Notes under the pieces: generated by a model
What the model saw: only the letters and a program-made list of their open reading frames with translations
What the model was told of the DNA's origin: nothing
The model's database searches: none
Assembly: GCA_963810935.1 (NCBI GenBank)
Contig: CAWEPK010000011.1
Coordinates: 1 to 64,000 of the forward strand
Origin: an uncultured delta proteobacterium
GTDB taxonomy: Bacteria; Desulfobacterota; Syntrophorhabdia; Syntrophorhabdales; WCHB1-27
Reading direction: 5' to 3'
Length of the DNA stretch: 64,000 bases
Translations under genes and position numbers: made by a program
Part shown: piece by piece, positions 21,342 to 33,341 of the stretch
Layout of the letters: every line of letters begins with the position of its first letter
Position numbering within the stretch: position 1 is the stretch's first letter

Positions 21342-21409
21342 CAAGCAACCTCCTTGAAGATATAGTGGATTGTGAAACGCTTCAGCTTTTTCTGAGGCAA
21401 ATGGTTAAA

Positions 21410-21425
21410 AGCAAATGACGTGCCA
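21410..21425 (-). promoter_or_regulatory. sigma-54 (-24/-12) promoter of the ubiD operon
   Basis: Minus strand TGGCACGTCATTTGCT matches TGGCACG-N4-TTGCW; a divergent sigma-54 activator is adjacent. Confidence 0.9.
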
Positions 21426-21570
21426 CTCTCCTCTAAGCCGGAAGAAGGCATATAACGGCAGGTTTAGAACTTATCCAGGTCTTGTATGTCTTTTCCGGTT
21501 GACATCATTTTCGGAAAGAGTTTAGAATTGCGGCAATATTAAAACCAATTCGGGAGAATTGTAAATAAAA

Positions 21571-23013
21571 ATGGACATGTCTACTACAGTGGATAGCTGG
21601 CCGCATCTTGTCTCAAGGCTCCAGGAGGGGCTTGGCGGCTACGGACCGGACCCTCTTATCGCCGAGGCGTTGAAGATCCTTTTAAGGAACAGGTACGAAG
21701 GCATGATTATCATCGATAAGGAGGGCCACGTGGCGTTCATGGACAAGCCGACCGAGAAACTCTTCGGCCTGGCGCCGGGCGGGGCCAAGGGAAAACCCTT
21801 TTCCGATTTTTTCTCCGACCTCGGAATACTGCAAGTTATTGAAACGGGCATCCCCCAGATAGGCAGGGTACAGGTGATAGGAGGACAGAGAAAGATCGTG
21901 ACCCGCTTTCCCATCATCAAGGACGGTGAAATCATAGGCGCGGTCGGCAAGGTAATTTTCCATGAGATAGAGGCAATCAAGGTCCTTTCGGACAGGATCC
22001 AGGACCTCAAGATGGCGATCTCGAAGTATAAACAGGATTACATGGCGGCAAACAGGGCGAGCTATACCTTCGAGAGCATACTTGGCGTCAGCCCCGCCAT
22101 CATGCGGGCGAAGGAGATGGCTAAGAGGATTGCATCGATCGATTGCAGCGTATTGATAGCGGGAGAAAGCGGCACAGGCAAAGAGCTCTTTGCCCACAGC
22201 ATACATAACGCCAGTATGCGAGCCAATGCGCCTTTCGTTCGCGTCAACTGCCCCAGCATACCTTTCGATCTGGTGGAAAGCGAGCTCTTCGGCTATGAGA
22301 AAGGGGCCTTCACGGGCGCCAGCCAACGCGGTCAAAAGGGAAAATTCGAGCTTGCCTCGGGCGGAACGATATTTCTGGACGAGATCAGCTCGATGCCCCT
22401 TATGATGCAGGCGAAGCTGCTGAGGGTGATTCAGGAAAAAGAGATCCAGCCATTGGGCTCATCCTTGACCAAGAAGATCGACTTCAGGCTGCTGGCAGCC
22501 ACGAATGTGGACCTCTGGTCGCTCGTCCGGAAGGGCTCCTTCAGGGCAGACTTGTATTATCGGTTAAGCCCCATCCAGTTGGTCGTCCCTCCTTTGCGCT
22601 CAAGGCTGGACGATATTCCATTCATTCTGAACTCCCTGCTTCCGCGCGTAAATACCCATGTAAGCGGGAATGCCAGGTCGGTAGCCCCGCGTGCGCTCGC
22701 CAATCTGACATCTTACGACTGGCCGGGGAACGTGCGCGAGCTGATCAACGTGCTGGAGCAAGCCGTCCTGAACGGCTATACCAAGAAGGAAATAGACGTC
22801 GAGGACCTGCCGGAATTCCTGCAGGACAACGCTGCCGCGCGACAGGGGGAAAAGCAGATTTGCGCGCTTCGCGATACCTTGTGGAAGGCAGAGAGCGCGG
22901 CGATCGCCGGCGCCCTGCAAACGACAGGCGGGAACAAGAGAAAGGCCGCAAAGATGCTCGGCATCTCCCGCGCCGGTTTTTACAAGAAGATAGGCCGTCT
23001 GGGTATCGGGTAA
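21571..23013 (+). CDS. PAS-domain sigma-54-dependent transcriptional activator
   Basis: PAS-like N-terminus, GESGTGKE, GAFTGA, FLDEI, WPGNVREL, Fis-type HTH. Confidence 0.93.
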   Translation: MDMSTTVDSWPHLVSRLQEGLGGYGPDPLIAEALKILLRNRYEGMIIIDKEGHVAFMDKPTEKLFGLAPGGAKGKPFSDFFSDLGILQVIETGIPQIGRVQVIGGQRKIVTRFPIIKDGEIIGAVGKVIFHEIEAIKVLSDRIQDLKMAISKYKQDYMAANRASYTFESILGVSPAIMRAKEMAKRIASIDCSVLIAGESGTGKELFAHSIHNASMRANAPFVRVNCPSIPFDLVESELFGYEKGAFTGASQRGQKGKFELASGGTIFLDEISSMPLMMQAKLLRVIQEKEIQPLGSSLTKKIDFRLLAATNVDLWSLVRKGSFRADLYYRLSPIQLVVPPLRSRLDDIPFILNSLLPRVNTHVSGNARSVAPRALANLTSYDWPGNVRELINVLEQAVLNGYTKKEIDVEDLPEFLQDNAAARQGEKQICALRDTLWKAESAAIAGALQTTGGNKRKAAKMLGISRAGFYKKIGRLGIG

Positions 23014-23279
23014 AAGCAGAAGACAGGCACGTAAGTAGCGCATCCTGCGGAAATGATTCTCATTTTGCCGGGTGCCGCATGGCACGATTCCGGACGGGCG
23101 TGGGTCCAAGCCAAAAGGATTTAGACGTTCTTTTATCGGTCGTCATAATTATCAATCCCATATTTACTCGACTCGGCACGGCCCCACCATACCGCTATGC
23201 CGCTGGTTGACAATTTGGGCTTTGAGAACCTAGATTTCCCTATCGGATAAGACTATCGAACCACACAGGGCAAAAATCC

Positions 23280-24506
23280 ATGCCTCCGAGCCGACCGGAG
23301 AAGGGTGCCGGGGAGAAGAGGGAAGATAGGGCATTCTTTTCAGGCCGCCGCTGGATCGTTCCGCTCCTGGTCTGCCTGCTTGCAATTATCGCGGCCGTAG
23401 TCGCGGCCCGGATCGTCGGGCGCCACGCAGGGGGCGGGCAAAAGGCCGTCGCCGGCCCTGCTGTCCCCGTCACTGCCGCTTCGGCGAAAAGGGCCGATTT
23501 TAACATCTATATAATAGGCCTCGGCACAGTCACGCCCATCGCGACGGTCGCGGTGCACACGCGCGTCGACGGCCAGCTCATGGAGGTGCTCTATAAGGAG
23601 GGCCAGACGGTCGAGAACGGGGCGCTCCTTGCCGTCCTCGACACCAGGCCCTTCGAGGCCGCCCTGCTGCAGGCGGAAGGGCAGCTTGCCCGCGACGCTG
23701 CGCAGCTAATCCAGGCGCGCATCGACCTTGAGCGCTATAGGGCGCTCTGGGCAGTCGATTCGATAGCGAAACAGCAGTACGACCTCCAGCTTTCCCTTGT
23801 CGGCCAGCTCGAAGGCGCGGTCAAGTCGGACCAGGGGGTGGTGGAGACTGCGCGGGTAAATATTATTTATTGCAGGATCACCTCCCCGGTCGCAGGCAAG
23901 GTCGGCCTGCGCCTCGTCGATCCGGGCAACATCGTCCATACTACCGATACGAACGGGATAGTGGTTATCACCCAGTTGCATCCGATGACCGTCATCTTCC
24001 CGATAGCGGAAGACAGCCTGCCCCGGGTGCGGGCCAAGCTTGCATCCGGCGGTGTGCTGCACGTGGACGCCTACGACCGGGACATGACGCACAAGCTCGC
24101 CTCCGGCCGCCTTTTGACCATCGACAACCAGATAGATACGACTACCGGGACGGTGCGCCTGAGGGCGATCTTTCCGAATGAAGACGACAGCCTCTTCCCC
24201 AACCAGTTTGTAAACGCCCGCCTCCTCATCGAGCGCGTCAGCCAGGCCCTCGTCGTACCGGCCGCCGCGCTCCAACACGGGCCTGCCGGGACTTTCGTCT
24301 ACGCAGTGAGGCAGGACATGACGGTGGCCGTTGCTCCCGTGACCGCCGGCGCGATACAGGGGGGCGAGGCGTGGATAAAGGCGGGCCTTGCGCCGGGCGA
24401 CCTTGTCGTTACGGAAGGCGTTGACAGGCTGCGGCAGGGCGCCAGGGTGGAGCTGAAGTCCCAGGCAGTGGGTCCGATCGGGCCGGCAGTGACGGGCGGG
24501 CCGTGA
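23280..24506 (+). CDS. mdtA: RND efflux membrane-fusion protein, MdtA type
   Basis: [45 protein letters not shown]. Confidence 0.9.
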   Translation: MPPSRPEKGAGEKREDRAFFSGRRWIVPLLVCLLAIIAAVVAARIVGRHAGGGQKAVAGPAVPVTAASAKRADFNIYIIGLGTVTPIATVAVHTRVDGQLMEVLYKEGQTVENGALLAVLDTRPFEAALLQAEGQLARDAAQLIQARIDLERYRALWAVDSIAKQQYDLQLSLVGQLEGAVKSDQGVVETARVNIIYCRITSPVAGKVGLRLVDPGNIVHTTDTNGIVVITQLHPMTVIFPIAEDSLPRVRAKLASGGVLHVDAYDRDMTHKLASGRLLTIDNQIDTTTGTVRLRAIFPNEDDSLFPNQFVNARLLIERVSQALVVPAAALQHGPAGTFVYAVRQDMTVAVAPVTAGAIQGGEAWIKAGLAPGDLVVTEGVDRLRQGARVELKSQAVGPIGPAVTGGP

Positions 24507-27500
24507 ACGTCTCGCGCACCTTCATCCTCCGGCCCGTCGCTACGACACTGCTCATGGCGGCCATCATCCTGGCCGGTCTCGTGGCCTACCGGGAACTGCC
24601 CGTCTCCGCCCTGCCGACCGTCGACTACCCTGTTATCCAGGTGAGGACGTTCTATCCGGGGGCCGGGCCGGAGGTCATGGCCACCTCAGTCACCGCGCCC
24701 CTGGAGCGACAGTTCGGCCAGATGCCGGGCCTTGCAAGGATGACGTCCACGAGCTCCAGCGGCGCGTCCGTCATCACGGTCCAGTTCGGCCTCGACCTTA
24801 GCCTCGACGTAGCCGAGCAGGAGGTACAGGCGGCCATCAACGCGGCCTTCACTTTTTTGCCGGTGGATTTGCCCGTACCGCCTGTTTACAGCAAAGTTAA
24901 TCCTGCGGATTTCCCCATACTCACCCTTGCTTTGACCTCCGACACGATGCCTTTGTCCCAGGTCGAGGACCTTGCGGAGACACGGTTCGTGCAGCGGATA
25001 TCGCAGGTGCCGGGGGTGGGACTCGTGAGCGTCAGCGGCGGCCAGAGGCCGGCCATCAGGATACAGGCGAACCCGACCGCCCTGGCCTCCCTCGGCCTCA
25101 CCCTCGAAGACGTGCGCACCGCCCTCGTTGCGGGCAGCGTCAACCTGGCCAAGGGCAGCTTCGACGGGCCGCGCCAGTCTTACACCATAGGCGCGAACGA
25201 CCAGATCCTGGAGAGCGCCGGCTATGGGCAGCTCGTCGTTGCTTACAGGAACAACGCGCCTGTAGTGCTCTCCGACGTGGCGCAGGCGACAGACGGCATC
25301 GAGAACGTCAACCGGGCCGCATGGATGAACACGACGCCCGCGGTCATCCTCAACATTCAGCGGCAGCCGGGGGCAAACGTGATCGCAGTGGTAGACCGCA
25401 TCAAGAAGCTCCTCCCGCAGCTTACAAGCGCCCTTCCTGCGGCAGTCAAAGTCGCCATCCTGACGGACAGGACGGCGACCATCCGCGCCTCCGTCGCAGA
25501 CGTCCAGTTCGAGCTGATGCTGTCCGTAGCGCTCGTCGTGCTCGTCATCTTCCTGTTTTTGCGGAGTGCGTCGGCAACGACCATACCAAGCGTTGCCGTC
25601 CCCCTCTCGCTTATCGGCACTTTCGGCGTCATGTACCTTCTCGGCTTCAGCCTGAACAACCTTTCCCTCATGGCTTTAACGATCTCGACGGGCTTTGTCG
25701 TAGACGACGCAATCGTGATGATCGAGAATATCGCGAGGTACGTCGAGCAGGGCGACCCGCCGCTCCAGGCCGCATTGAAAGGGTCCGAGCAGATCGGTTT
25801 CACCATCATATCGCTGACCGTCTCGCTCATTGCCGTTTTGATCCCTGTCCTCTTCATGGGGGAGGTGATGGGCCGCCTCTTCAGGGAATTCGCAGTCACG
25901 CTCGGCGTGACGATCCTCATCTCCGCCGCTGTCTCCCTGACCCTCACGCCGATGATGTCCGCAAGGATCCTGAAGAAGCGGCCGGAGGAGCGTCAGGGCA
26001 GGCTCTTGCGGGCAACGACCAGGATGCAGGACAGGATGATCGCAGGCTACGGGAGGACGCTCAAATGGGTCCTCGGACGCGAGCGGCCTGTGCTCGCAGT
26101 CGCCGTTCTCACGCTGCTGCTTACAATCATTCTCTACGTCATCGTGCCGAAAGGGTTCTTCCCCGTCGAAGACACGGGCCTGGTCCTCGGCATCTCTCAA
26201 GGGCCCCAGTCCGTCTCCTTCACGGAGATGGCGAGGCGCCAGCAGGCGCTTGCGCGGGTCATCCTTCGCGACCCGGCGGTGGCAAGCCTCTCTTCATTCA
26301 TAGGGATCGACGAGACGAACCCGACCCTCAACGGCGGCCGCGTGCTTATCAACCTGAAGCCCTTAAGCGAGCGCACCGCGAGGGTCGCGGAAATCATCGA
26401 CAGGCTCCAGAAGAACGTTGCCGGAGTTGAGGGTATCAGGCTCTACATGCAGCCCGTTCAGGACCTGACCGTAGATACGCTGGTGAGCCGCACGCAGTAT
26501 TACTACACCCTGGAAGACCCGAGCCTCGACGAGCTGCACGCGTTCGCGCCGCAACTTGTTGAAAAGCTCCGTGCCCGGCACGAGCTCACGGACGTCGGCA
26601 GCGACCAGCAGGACAGGGGCCTGCGCGTCTCGATGACAATCGACAGGGCAACAGCATCGAGGCTCGGCATCACGCCGCAGCTCATCGACAACACGCTGTA
26701 CGATGCGTTCGGGCAGAGGCAGGTAACGACGATCTTTACGCAGCTCAATCAATACAGGGTCGTCCTCTCTGTAGACCCTCAATTCCAGAGGTCGCCCGCC
26801 TGGCTGCAAACGCTCTATATCGGCACGCCCACGGAAGGGCAGGTGCCGCTCTCCGCGATCGTCAAGACGGAAGAGACGACGGGGCCGCTTCTGATAAGCA
26901 GACAGGCCCAGTTCCCCGCAGTCACCGTCTCCTTCAACCTCGCCCCCGGCGTCTCCTTAGGAGAGGCGGTCTCTGCGGTAGATGAAGCCACGATACAGAT
27001 GGGCCTGCCTGCCAGTATAAGGGGCAGCTTCCAGGGGACGGCAGAGGCCTTTTTAGCCTCTTTAAGCAACGAGCCTCTTTTAATCCTTGCTGCCTTACTT
27101 ACCGTCTATATAGTTTTAGGTGTTCTATACGAGAGCTATATCCATCCTATTACCATATTATCCACCCTACCCTCGGCAGGGGTAGGCGCTCTTCTTGCCC
27201 TTCTCCTCTTCCGCATGGACCTCTCCGTCATTGCTGTAATAGGCATTATTCTCTTAATCGGCATAGTCAAGAAGAACGGCATCATGATGGTCGACTTTGC
27301 CCTCGATGCAGAGCGCAGGGAAGGAAAGACCCCCCTTGAGGCCATATACCAGGCAAGCCTACTTCGCTTCAGGCCTATCATGATGACTACCATGGCAGCC
27401 CTATCTAGGCGCCCTTCCCCTGGCCTTAGGCAGGGGGGTAGGCTCGGAGCTGAGGCGTCCCCTGGGGGTCGCCATAGTAGGCGGTCTTGTAATAAGCCAG

Positions 27501-27620
27501 CTTTTGACCCTTTATACTACGCCGGTGATATACCTCGCCTTCGACCGTCTTGCCGGGCGCATTAAAAAACGGCGCGCCAAGGAAGGCGGAGGCCCGGACC
27601 AACCCATAGGCCCGACATGA
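24503..27620 (+). CDS. mdtB: RND efflux permease MdtB (1-bp insertion near 27404)
   Basis: [42 protein letters not shown]. The corrected frame ends ...[14 protein letters not shown]...PT* with a TGA overlapping the mdtC ATG. Confidence 0.88.
26903..27532 (+). repeat. ~630-bp near-identical direct repeat, copy 1 (3' part of mdtB)
   Basis: Matches 30021-30649 apart from a few synonymous changes and one inserted base. Confidence 0.95.
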
Positions 27621-30600
27621 GCATATCAGCCCACTTCATCAGAAGGCCCGTAGCGACAACGCTTCTCACCATCGGGCTCGCCCTGTCTGGCGTCATCGGC
27701 CTGCGCCTGCTGCCCGTGTCGCCCCTGCCGCACGTAGATTTTCCCACGATCATGGTCTCCGCCTCGCTTCCGGGGGCGGAGCCGCAGACAATGGCCACGT
27801 CCGTGGCCGCGCCCCTTGAGCGCCAATTCGGGCTGATATCGGGCGTCACGGAAATGACGTCGAGCAGTACCCTCGGCTCGACGACCATAGTCTTGCAGTT
27901 CGACCTCAACAGGGACATAGACGGCGCAGCGCGCGACGTCCAGGCCGCCATCAACGCGGCCAGGAGCTACCTGCCGGCGAACCTGCCGAGCAACCCGACG
28001 TACAGAAAAGTCAACCCGGCGGAGGCGCCCATCCTTATTGTTGCGCTAACGTCGGACACCGTGACCGTCGCCAAAATGTACGACGCTGCATCGAGCATCC
28101 TTGCGCAGAAATTGTCTCAGGTGCGCGGAGTGGGGCAGGTGTTCGTCGGCGGGGGCTCGCTGCCTGCGGTCCGCGTGGAGCTCGAAGCCCCCGCCGCTGA
28201 ACGGGTACGGGATCAGCCTGGAGACGGTCAGGGCCGTCCTTTCGTCAACGAGCGCCAACAGGCCGAAGGGGCAGCTCTCCGATGAGACGAAGACGTGGGA
28301 GATCGAGACGAACGACCAGTTGTTCAGGGCCGAGCAGTACCACCCCGTCTACGTCGCGTACGACAACTCATCGGGCGCGGGCGTCAGGCTGACCGATGTG
28401 GCGGGAGTCGAAGACTCCGTCGAAGACGTGCGGACCGCCGGGCTCGTAAATGGGAAGCCGGCGGCGATGGTCGTAGTCTTCAGGCAGCCAGCCGCGAATA
28501 TCATCGGCACCGTCGACAGGGTGCGCGCGGTACTTCCCCAGATGGCCGGCTCCCTGCCCGGCGGGGTCAACCTGTCGGTAGTCCTCGACCGTACCCCGCC
28601 CATCCGGGGGTCGCTCCTCGACGTTGAATTCACGCTCGTTCTCTCGGCCGTACTCGTTATTCTCGTTGTCTTCGCCTTCCTGCGGAGCGTCCGCTCAACG
28701 GCCGTGCCGGGGGTGGCCGTCGCAGTCTCGCTCGTCGGGACCTTCGGCGTGATGTATCTGCTGGGCTACAGCCTGGACAACCTCTCCCTGATGGCCCTCA
28801 CTATAGCGACGGGCTTCGTCGTGGACGATGCGATAGTCGTGCTCGAAAACATCACGCGCCACATCGAGCAGGGGATGGACCCTATGCAGGCGGCCTACAC
28901 CGGGGCGAAGGAGATTGCCTTTACGGTGGTATCGATGAGCACCTCCCTAGTCGCGGTCTTCATCCCGATACTCCTTATGGGGGGCATGGTGGGCCGCCTC
29001 TTCCGCGAGTTCGCCGTGACCCTCTCCATCGCCGTCGCTATGTCTCTCGTCATCTCACTCACCGTGACGCCGATGATGTGCGCGAGACTGCCGAAGCGGC
29101 AAAAGACCGGGCGCAGAAACCCCGCTTACCGGCTGAGCGAGGCGATATTCAACAGGATGCACGCCATCTACGCGCCGACGCTACGCTGGTCGCTGCGCCA
29201 CTCCCTCGTGATGCTCTTTCCGACAATCATCGCCGTCTGCCTCAGCATCTACCTCTTCACGATCATCCCCAAGGGGTTCTTCCCCGAGCAGGACACCGGA
29301 CGGCTCCTCGGCATCGTCCAGGCAGACCAGGACATCTCCTTCCAGTCGATGAAGGAGAAGCTGACGCAGGTCGTCGATATCATCAGGCAGGACCCGGACG
29401 TAGAGAGCGTGTCCGCCTTTACGGGGGCAGCGAGCGGGTCGTCCGTGAACCAGGCGCGGATGTTCGTCGCCCTGAAGCCTTTCAACGAGCGCAAGGCGTC
29501 GCCCGATGGGATCATCGCGCGCCTGCGCGCTCCGTTGGGCGGCGTGACGGGCGCCCCGACGTACCTCCAGCCCGTCCAGGACTTAAGGATCGGGGGAAGG
29601 CTCAGCGCGGGCCTATACCAGTACACGCTGCAAGGGCAGGACGTGACAGAGCTTAACAGGTGGGGCAGCCGTGTCCTCGCCATGGCAAGGACGCTGCCCG
29701 AATTGAGGGACGCGAGCAGCGACCAGCAGGACAGGGGCCTACAGGCGGCCGTAGTCATAGACCGGAACACCGCGTCGAGACTGGGCATCACCCCGCAGCT
29801 CATAGACAACACGCTGTACGATGCGTTCGGGCAGAGACAGGTTTCCCTCGTCTACACCCTTTTGAACCAGTACCACCTTGTTATGGAGGCTGCGCCGGAG
29901 TTCTGGCAGCGGCCCGAGACGCTGGATGAGATATACGTGCAATCGGCCACACGCGGCATGGTGCCGCTCAGTGCTTTTACGCACTTTAGCCGCACGGATA
30001 CGGCACTTGCGGTGAACCACCAGGCCCAGTTCCCCGCAGTCACCGTCTCCTTCAACCTCGCCCCCGGCGTCTCCTTAGGAGAGGCGGTCTCTGCGGTAGA
30101 TGAAGCCACGATACAGATGGGCCTGCCTGCCAGTATAAGGGGCAGCTTCCAGGGGACGGCAGAGGCCTTTTTAGCCTCTTTAAGCAACGAGCCTCTTTTA
30201 ATCCTTGCTGCCTTACTTACCGTCTATATAGTTTTAGGTGTTCTATACGAGAGCTATATCCATCCTATTACCATATTATCCACCCTCCCCTCGGCAGGGG
30301 TAGGCGCTCTTCTTGCCCTTCTCCTCTTCCGCATGGACCTCTCCGTCATTGCTGTAATAGGCATTATTCTTCTCATTGGCATAGTCAAGAAGAACGGCAT
30401 CATGATGGTGGACTTTGCCCTGGATGCAGAGCGCAGGGAAGGAAAGACCCCCCTTGAGGCCATATACCAGGCAAGCCTACTTCGCTTCAGGCCCATCATG
30501 ATGACTACCATGGCAGCCCTATTAGGCGCCCTTCCCCTGGCCTTGGGCAGGGGGGTAGGCTCTGAGCTAAGGCGTCCCCTGGGGGTCGCCATAGTAGGCG

Positions 30601-32171
30601 GTCTTGTAATAAGCCAGCTTTTGACCCTTTATACTACGCCGGTGATATATCTCTATATGGACCGGCTGAGATTGCGGCTGCGGCGGCGCAGCCCGAAAAA
30701 CGGAGCCCCGGTCGCCCCTCTGCTTCTTATCGCCTGTGCTTCCCTTTTGTTTGTCTCCTGCTCGGTGGGGCCCGATTATGTCAGGCCCTCCGTAGAGACG
30801 CCCGCTGCCTATAAAGAGCTTTCGGGCTGGAAGGAGGCACATCCGCAGGACCACGTCGGCAGGGGCGCCTGGTGGCGGATGTTCGACGACCCGGAGCTTG
30901 ATACGCTCGAAGCGCAGGTAAATATCTCAAACCAGAATATCGCCGTAGCGGAGGCGCAGTTCCGCCAGGCCCTCGCGCAGGTGCGGATAGCACGGGCCGG
31001 CTATTTCCCGACGCTCACGGCAGGCTCATCGGTGACGCGCTCCGGCTCGTCGTCAACGCTGAGCACGTCTGCCGCATTCCCCGGGACCACCATTACGGAG
31101 TGGATTTTGCCTATCCAGTTGAGCTGGGAGATAGACGTCTGGGGGCGTGTCCGCCGCCTTGTCGAGGCCAATGTCGCCAACGCCCAGGCGAGCGCGGCGG
31201 ACGTCGAGTCGGCCCGCCTGAGCGCTCAGGCCCTCCTCGCCCAGGACTATTTTCAGCTACGCGGTCTCGACGCCCAGAAGAAACTCCTCGATGACACGGT
31301 CGTCGCCTACAGGAAGACGCTGGAGATCACGAAAAATCAGTACAGGTACGGCATAGCAGCAAGCGGGGACGTCGCCCTTGCAGAGACGCAGCTTGAGACG
31401 GCCGTTGCCCAGGCCGTAGACATCGGCGTGCAGCGGGCGCAACTGGAGCACGCCATTGCGGTCCTCATCGGAAAGCCCGCATCCGGCTTTTCCATTACAT
31501 CCGTCCCTGAAGGGCCGGTCGCGCCCGTGCCTCATATCCCTGCCGGCGTGCCCTCCGAGCTTCTGGAGCGCAGGCCCGACGTCGCTGCCGCAGAGCGGGC
31601 GGCGGCAGCAGCGAACGCACAGATTGGCGTTGCCGTGTCCGCCTATTATCCCGCCGTGACCATCGACGCTGCAGGCGGCTTCGAGAGCTTTCAGTTATCG
31701 AAGTGGCTGACGTGGCCGAGCCGGTTCTGGTCTTTGGGCCCCGGCGTCTCGGAAGTAGTTTACGAAGGGGGCTTGAGGCGCGCCCAGACGGACCAGGCGC
31801 GGGCAGCATACGACGCGGCCGTAGCATCTTACCGCCAGACGGTGCTCACCGCGTTCCAGCAGGTGGAGGACAACCTGGCCGGTCTGCGCATACTTGAAGA
31901 AGAAGCAAAGGCACAGGACAGGGCGGTGAAGGCGGCCGTGCGCTCCCTCAGCCAGGCGCTCAACCAGTATAAATTCGGGACTACGAGCTACCTTACCGTG
32001 GTGACGGCCCAGGCGGCGCTGCTTACGAACCAAAGGAGCGCAATAAGCATCGCGTACCGGCGCACGGCGGCAGCCGTCCTTCTCGTCCAGGCCCTGGGCG
32101 GCGGCTGGAGCGACCGCGACCTGCCGCAGATAAAGCGCGGATCGGTCAAGAAAGGATCGCCTGCACCATAA
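27617..32171 (+). CDS. mdtC: RND efflux permease MdtC (frameshift near 28185) continuing in frame into a NodT/TolC-family outer-membrane lipoprotein
   Basis: [38 protein letters not shown], then with no stop [48 protein letters not shown]. Confidence 0.8.
30021..30649 (+). repeat. ~630-bp near-identical direct repeat, copy 2 (3' part of the mdtC permease domain)
   Basis: CAGGCCCAGTTCCCCGCAGTCACC...ACGCCGGTGATATA shared with 26903-27532. Confidence 0.95.
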
Positions 32172-32215
32172 TTTGTGGAATGAAAATTAAAGGCGGAAAA
32201 GCGAAAGACGCGGCG

Positions 32216-33196
32216 TCAGGTCCGCATCAGGCCGAGGGCGGCCCGCACCTCGTCCATGGTTTCGGCCGCCATCCGGCTGCATGCGACTGCGCCGTCGCGG
32301 AGTGCGTCGATGACGTATTTCGGGTCGCTCTTGAGCTGTAAGGCTTTTTCCCTGATGGGGGTAAGCTCCGCCATCATATTTTTGAAGAGTACTTTTTTGC
32401 AGTCTATGCAGCCGACGCCCGCGCTCCTGCAAGCCGCGTCCAGCTCCTTCAACTCAGTCTCAGACGAAAAGGCCCGGTGCATCGTAAAGATGTTGCAGAT
32501 ATCCGGGTTTCCCACGTCCGAGCGGCGCACCCTTGCCACGTCCGTCACTGCGGTCCGGAGCTTCTCCCAGATTGCGCCCTCGTCTTCCAGGATGCCGATG
32601 TAGTTGTTTAGGGTCTTCGACATCTTATTCTTACCTTCCATGCCCATGATCCTCGGCGCGCACGAAAGGACCGCCTTAGGCTCGGGGAAGATAGGCCCGT
32701 ACCGGGCGTTGAACTTCCGGGCAACTTCGCGGGACAGTTCGACGTGCTGTACCTGGTCCTCGCCGACAGGCACGAAACCCGCCTTATAGACAAGGATGTC
32801 GGCCGCCTGCAAAACGGGGTAGTCCATGAGGCCCATATTGAGGTTCGATCTGTGCTGGCGCGATTTATCTTTGAACTGGGTCATCCGTTCCAGGTCCCCG
32901 ATGGGCGTCAGACAGTTGAATATCCAGCAGAGCTCCGTATGCTCCCTCACGTGGGACTGGACAATCACGTGGCACCTTGCAGGGTCGAGGCCGCAGGCGA
33001 TCAGGATGATCGCGGTGTCGAGGCACCTTCGGGCGAACTCCCCCGTCTCATACTCGATAGTTATGGCGTGGTAGTCGACCACTCCGTAGATGCACTCGTA
33101 CTCGTCCATGAGCGCTACCCATTGTCTGAGTGCACCCACGTAGTTGCCGATATGTATATCGCCGGTAGGCTGTATTCCGCTGAAAATCCTGTCCAT
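32216..33196 (-). CDS. trpS: Tryptophan--tRNA ligase
   Basis: FSGIQPTGDIHIGNY, YPVLQAADI, VPVGEDQ, KMSKT. Confidence 0.96.
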   Translation of the reverse strand: MDRIFSGIQPTGDIHIGNYVGALRQWVALMDEYECIYGVVDYHAITIEYETGEFARRCLDTAIILIACGLDPARCHVIVQSHVREHTELCWIFNCLTPIGDLERMTQFKDKSRQHRSNLNMGLMDYPVLQAADILVYKAGFVPVGEDQVQHVELSREVARKFNARYGPIFPEPKAVLSCAPRIMGMEGKNKMSKTLNNYIGILEDEGAIWEKLRTAVTDVARVRRSDVGNPDICNIFTMHRAFSSETELKELDAACRSAGVGCIDCKKVLFKNMMAELTPIREKALQLKSDPKYVIDALRDGAVACSRMAAETMDEVRAALGLMRT

Positions 33197-33302
33197 GTAG
33201 GCTCCCGAAACTCGATAATCTACAATAAGCACGCGCCGAAATCAATACGAGGGCATCGGAAACCGGCATAACGCCCGGCTGAGGTTCGGCGTGCGCCGCA
33301 AT

Positions 33303-33335
33303 ATAGTTGACAGAAAAAGTAGGAAAACTTAATCT
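33303..33335 (+). promoter_or_regulatory. sigma-70 promoter of the rrf2 gene with an IscR-type-1-like site over the -35
   Basis: TTGACA-17 bp-TAATCT; ATAGTTGACAGAAAAAGTAGGAAAA resembles IscR type-1 boxes. Confidence 0.55.
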
Positions 33336-33341
33336 AAATGC

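Noticed and set aside
23079..23096. TGGCACGATTCCGG as a sigma-54 promoter for mdtA
   Set aside because: The conserved -12 GC is missing.
26903..30649. The 630-bp repeat as a mobile element or diversity-generating retroelement TR/VR pair
   Set aside because: Both copies are in-frame coding, differences are synonymous and not adenine-specific, and no reverse transcriptase or transposase is in the window.
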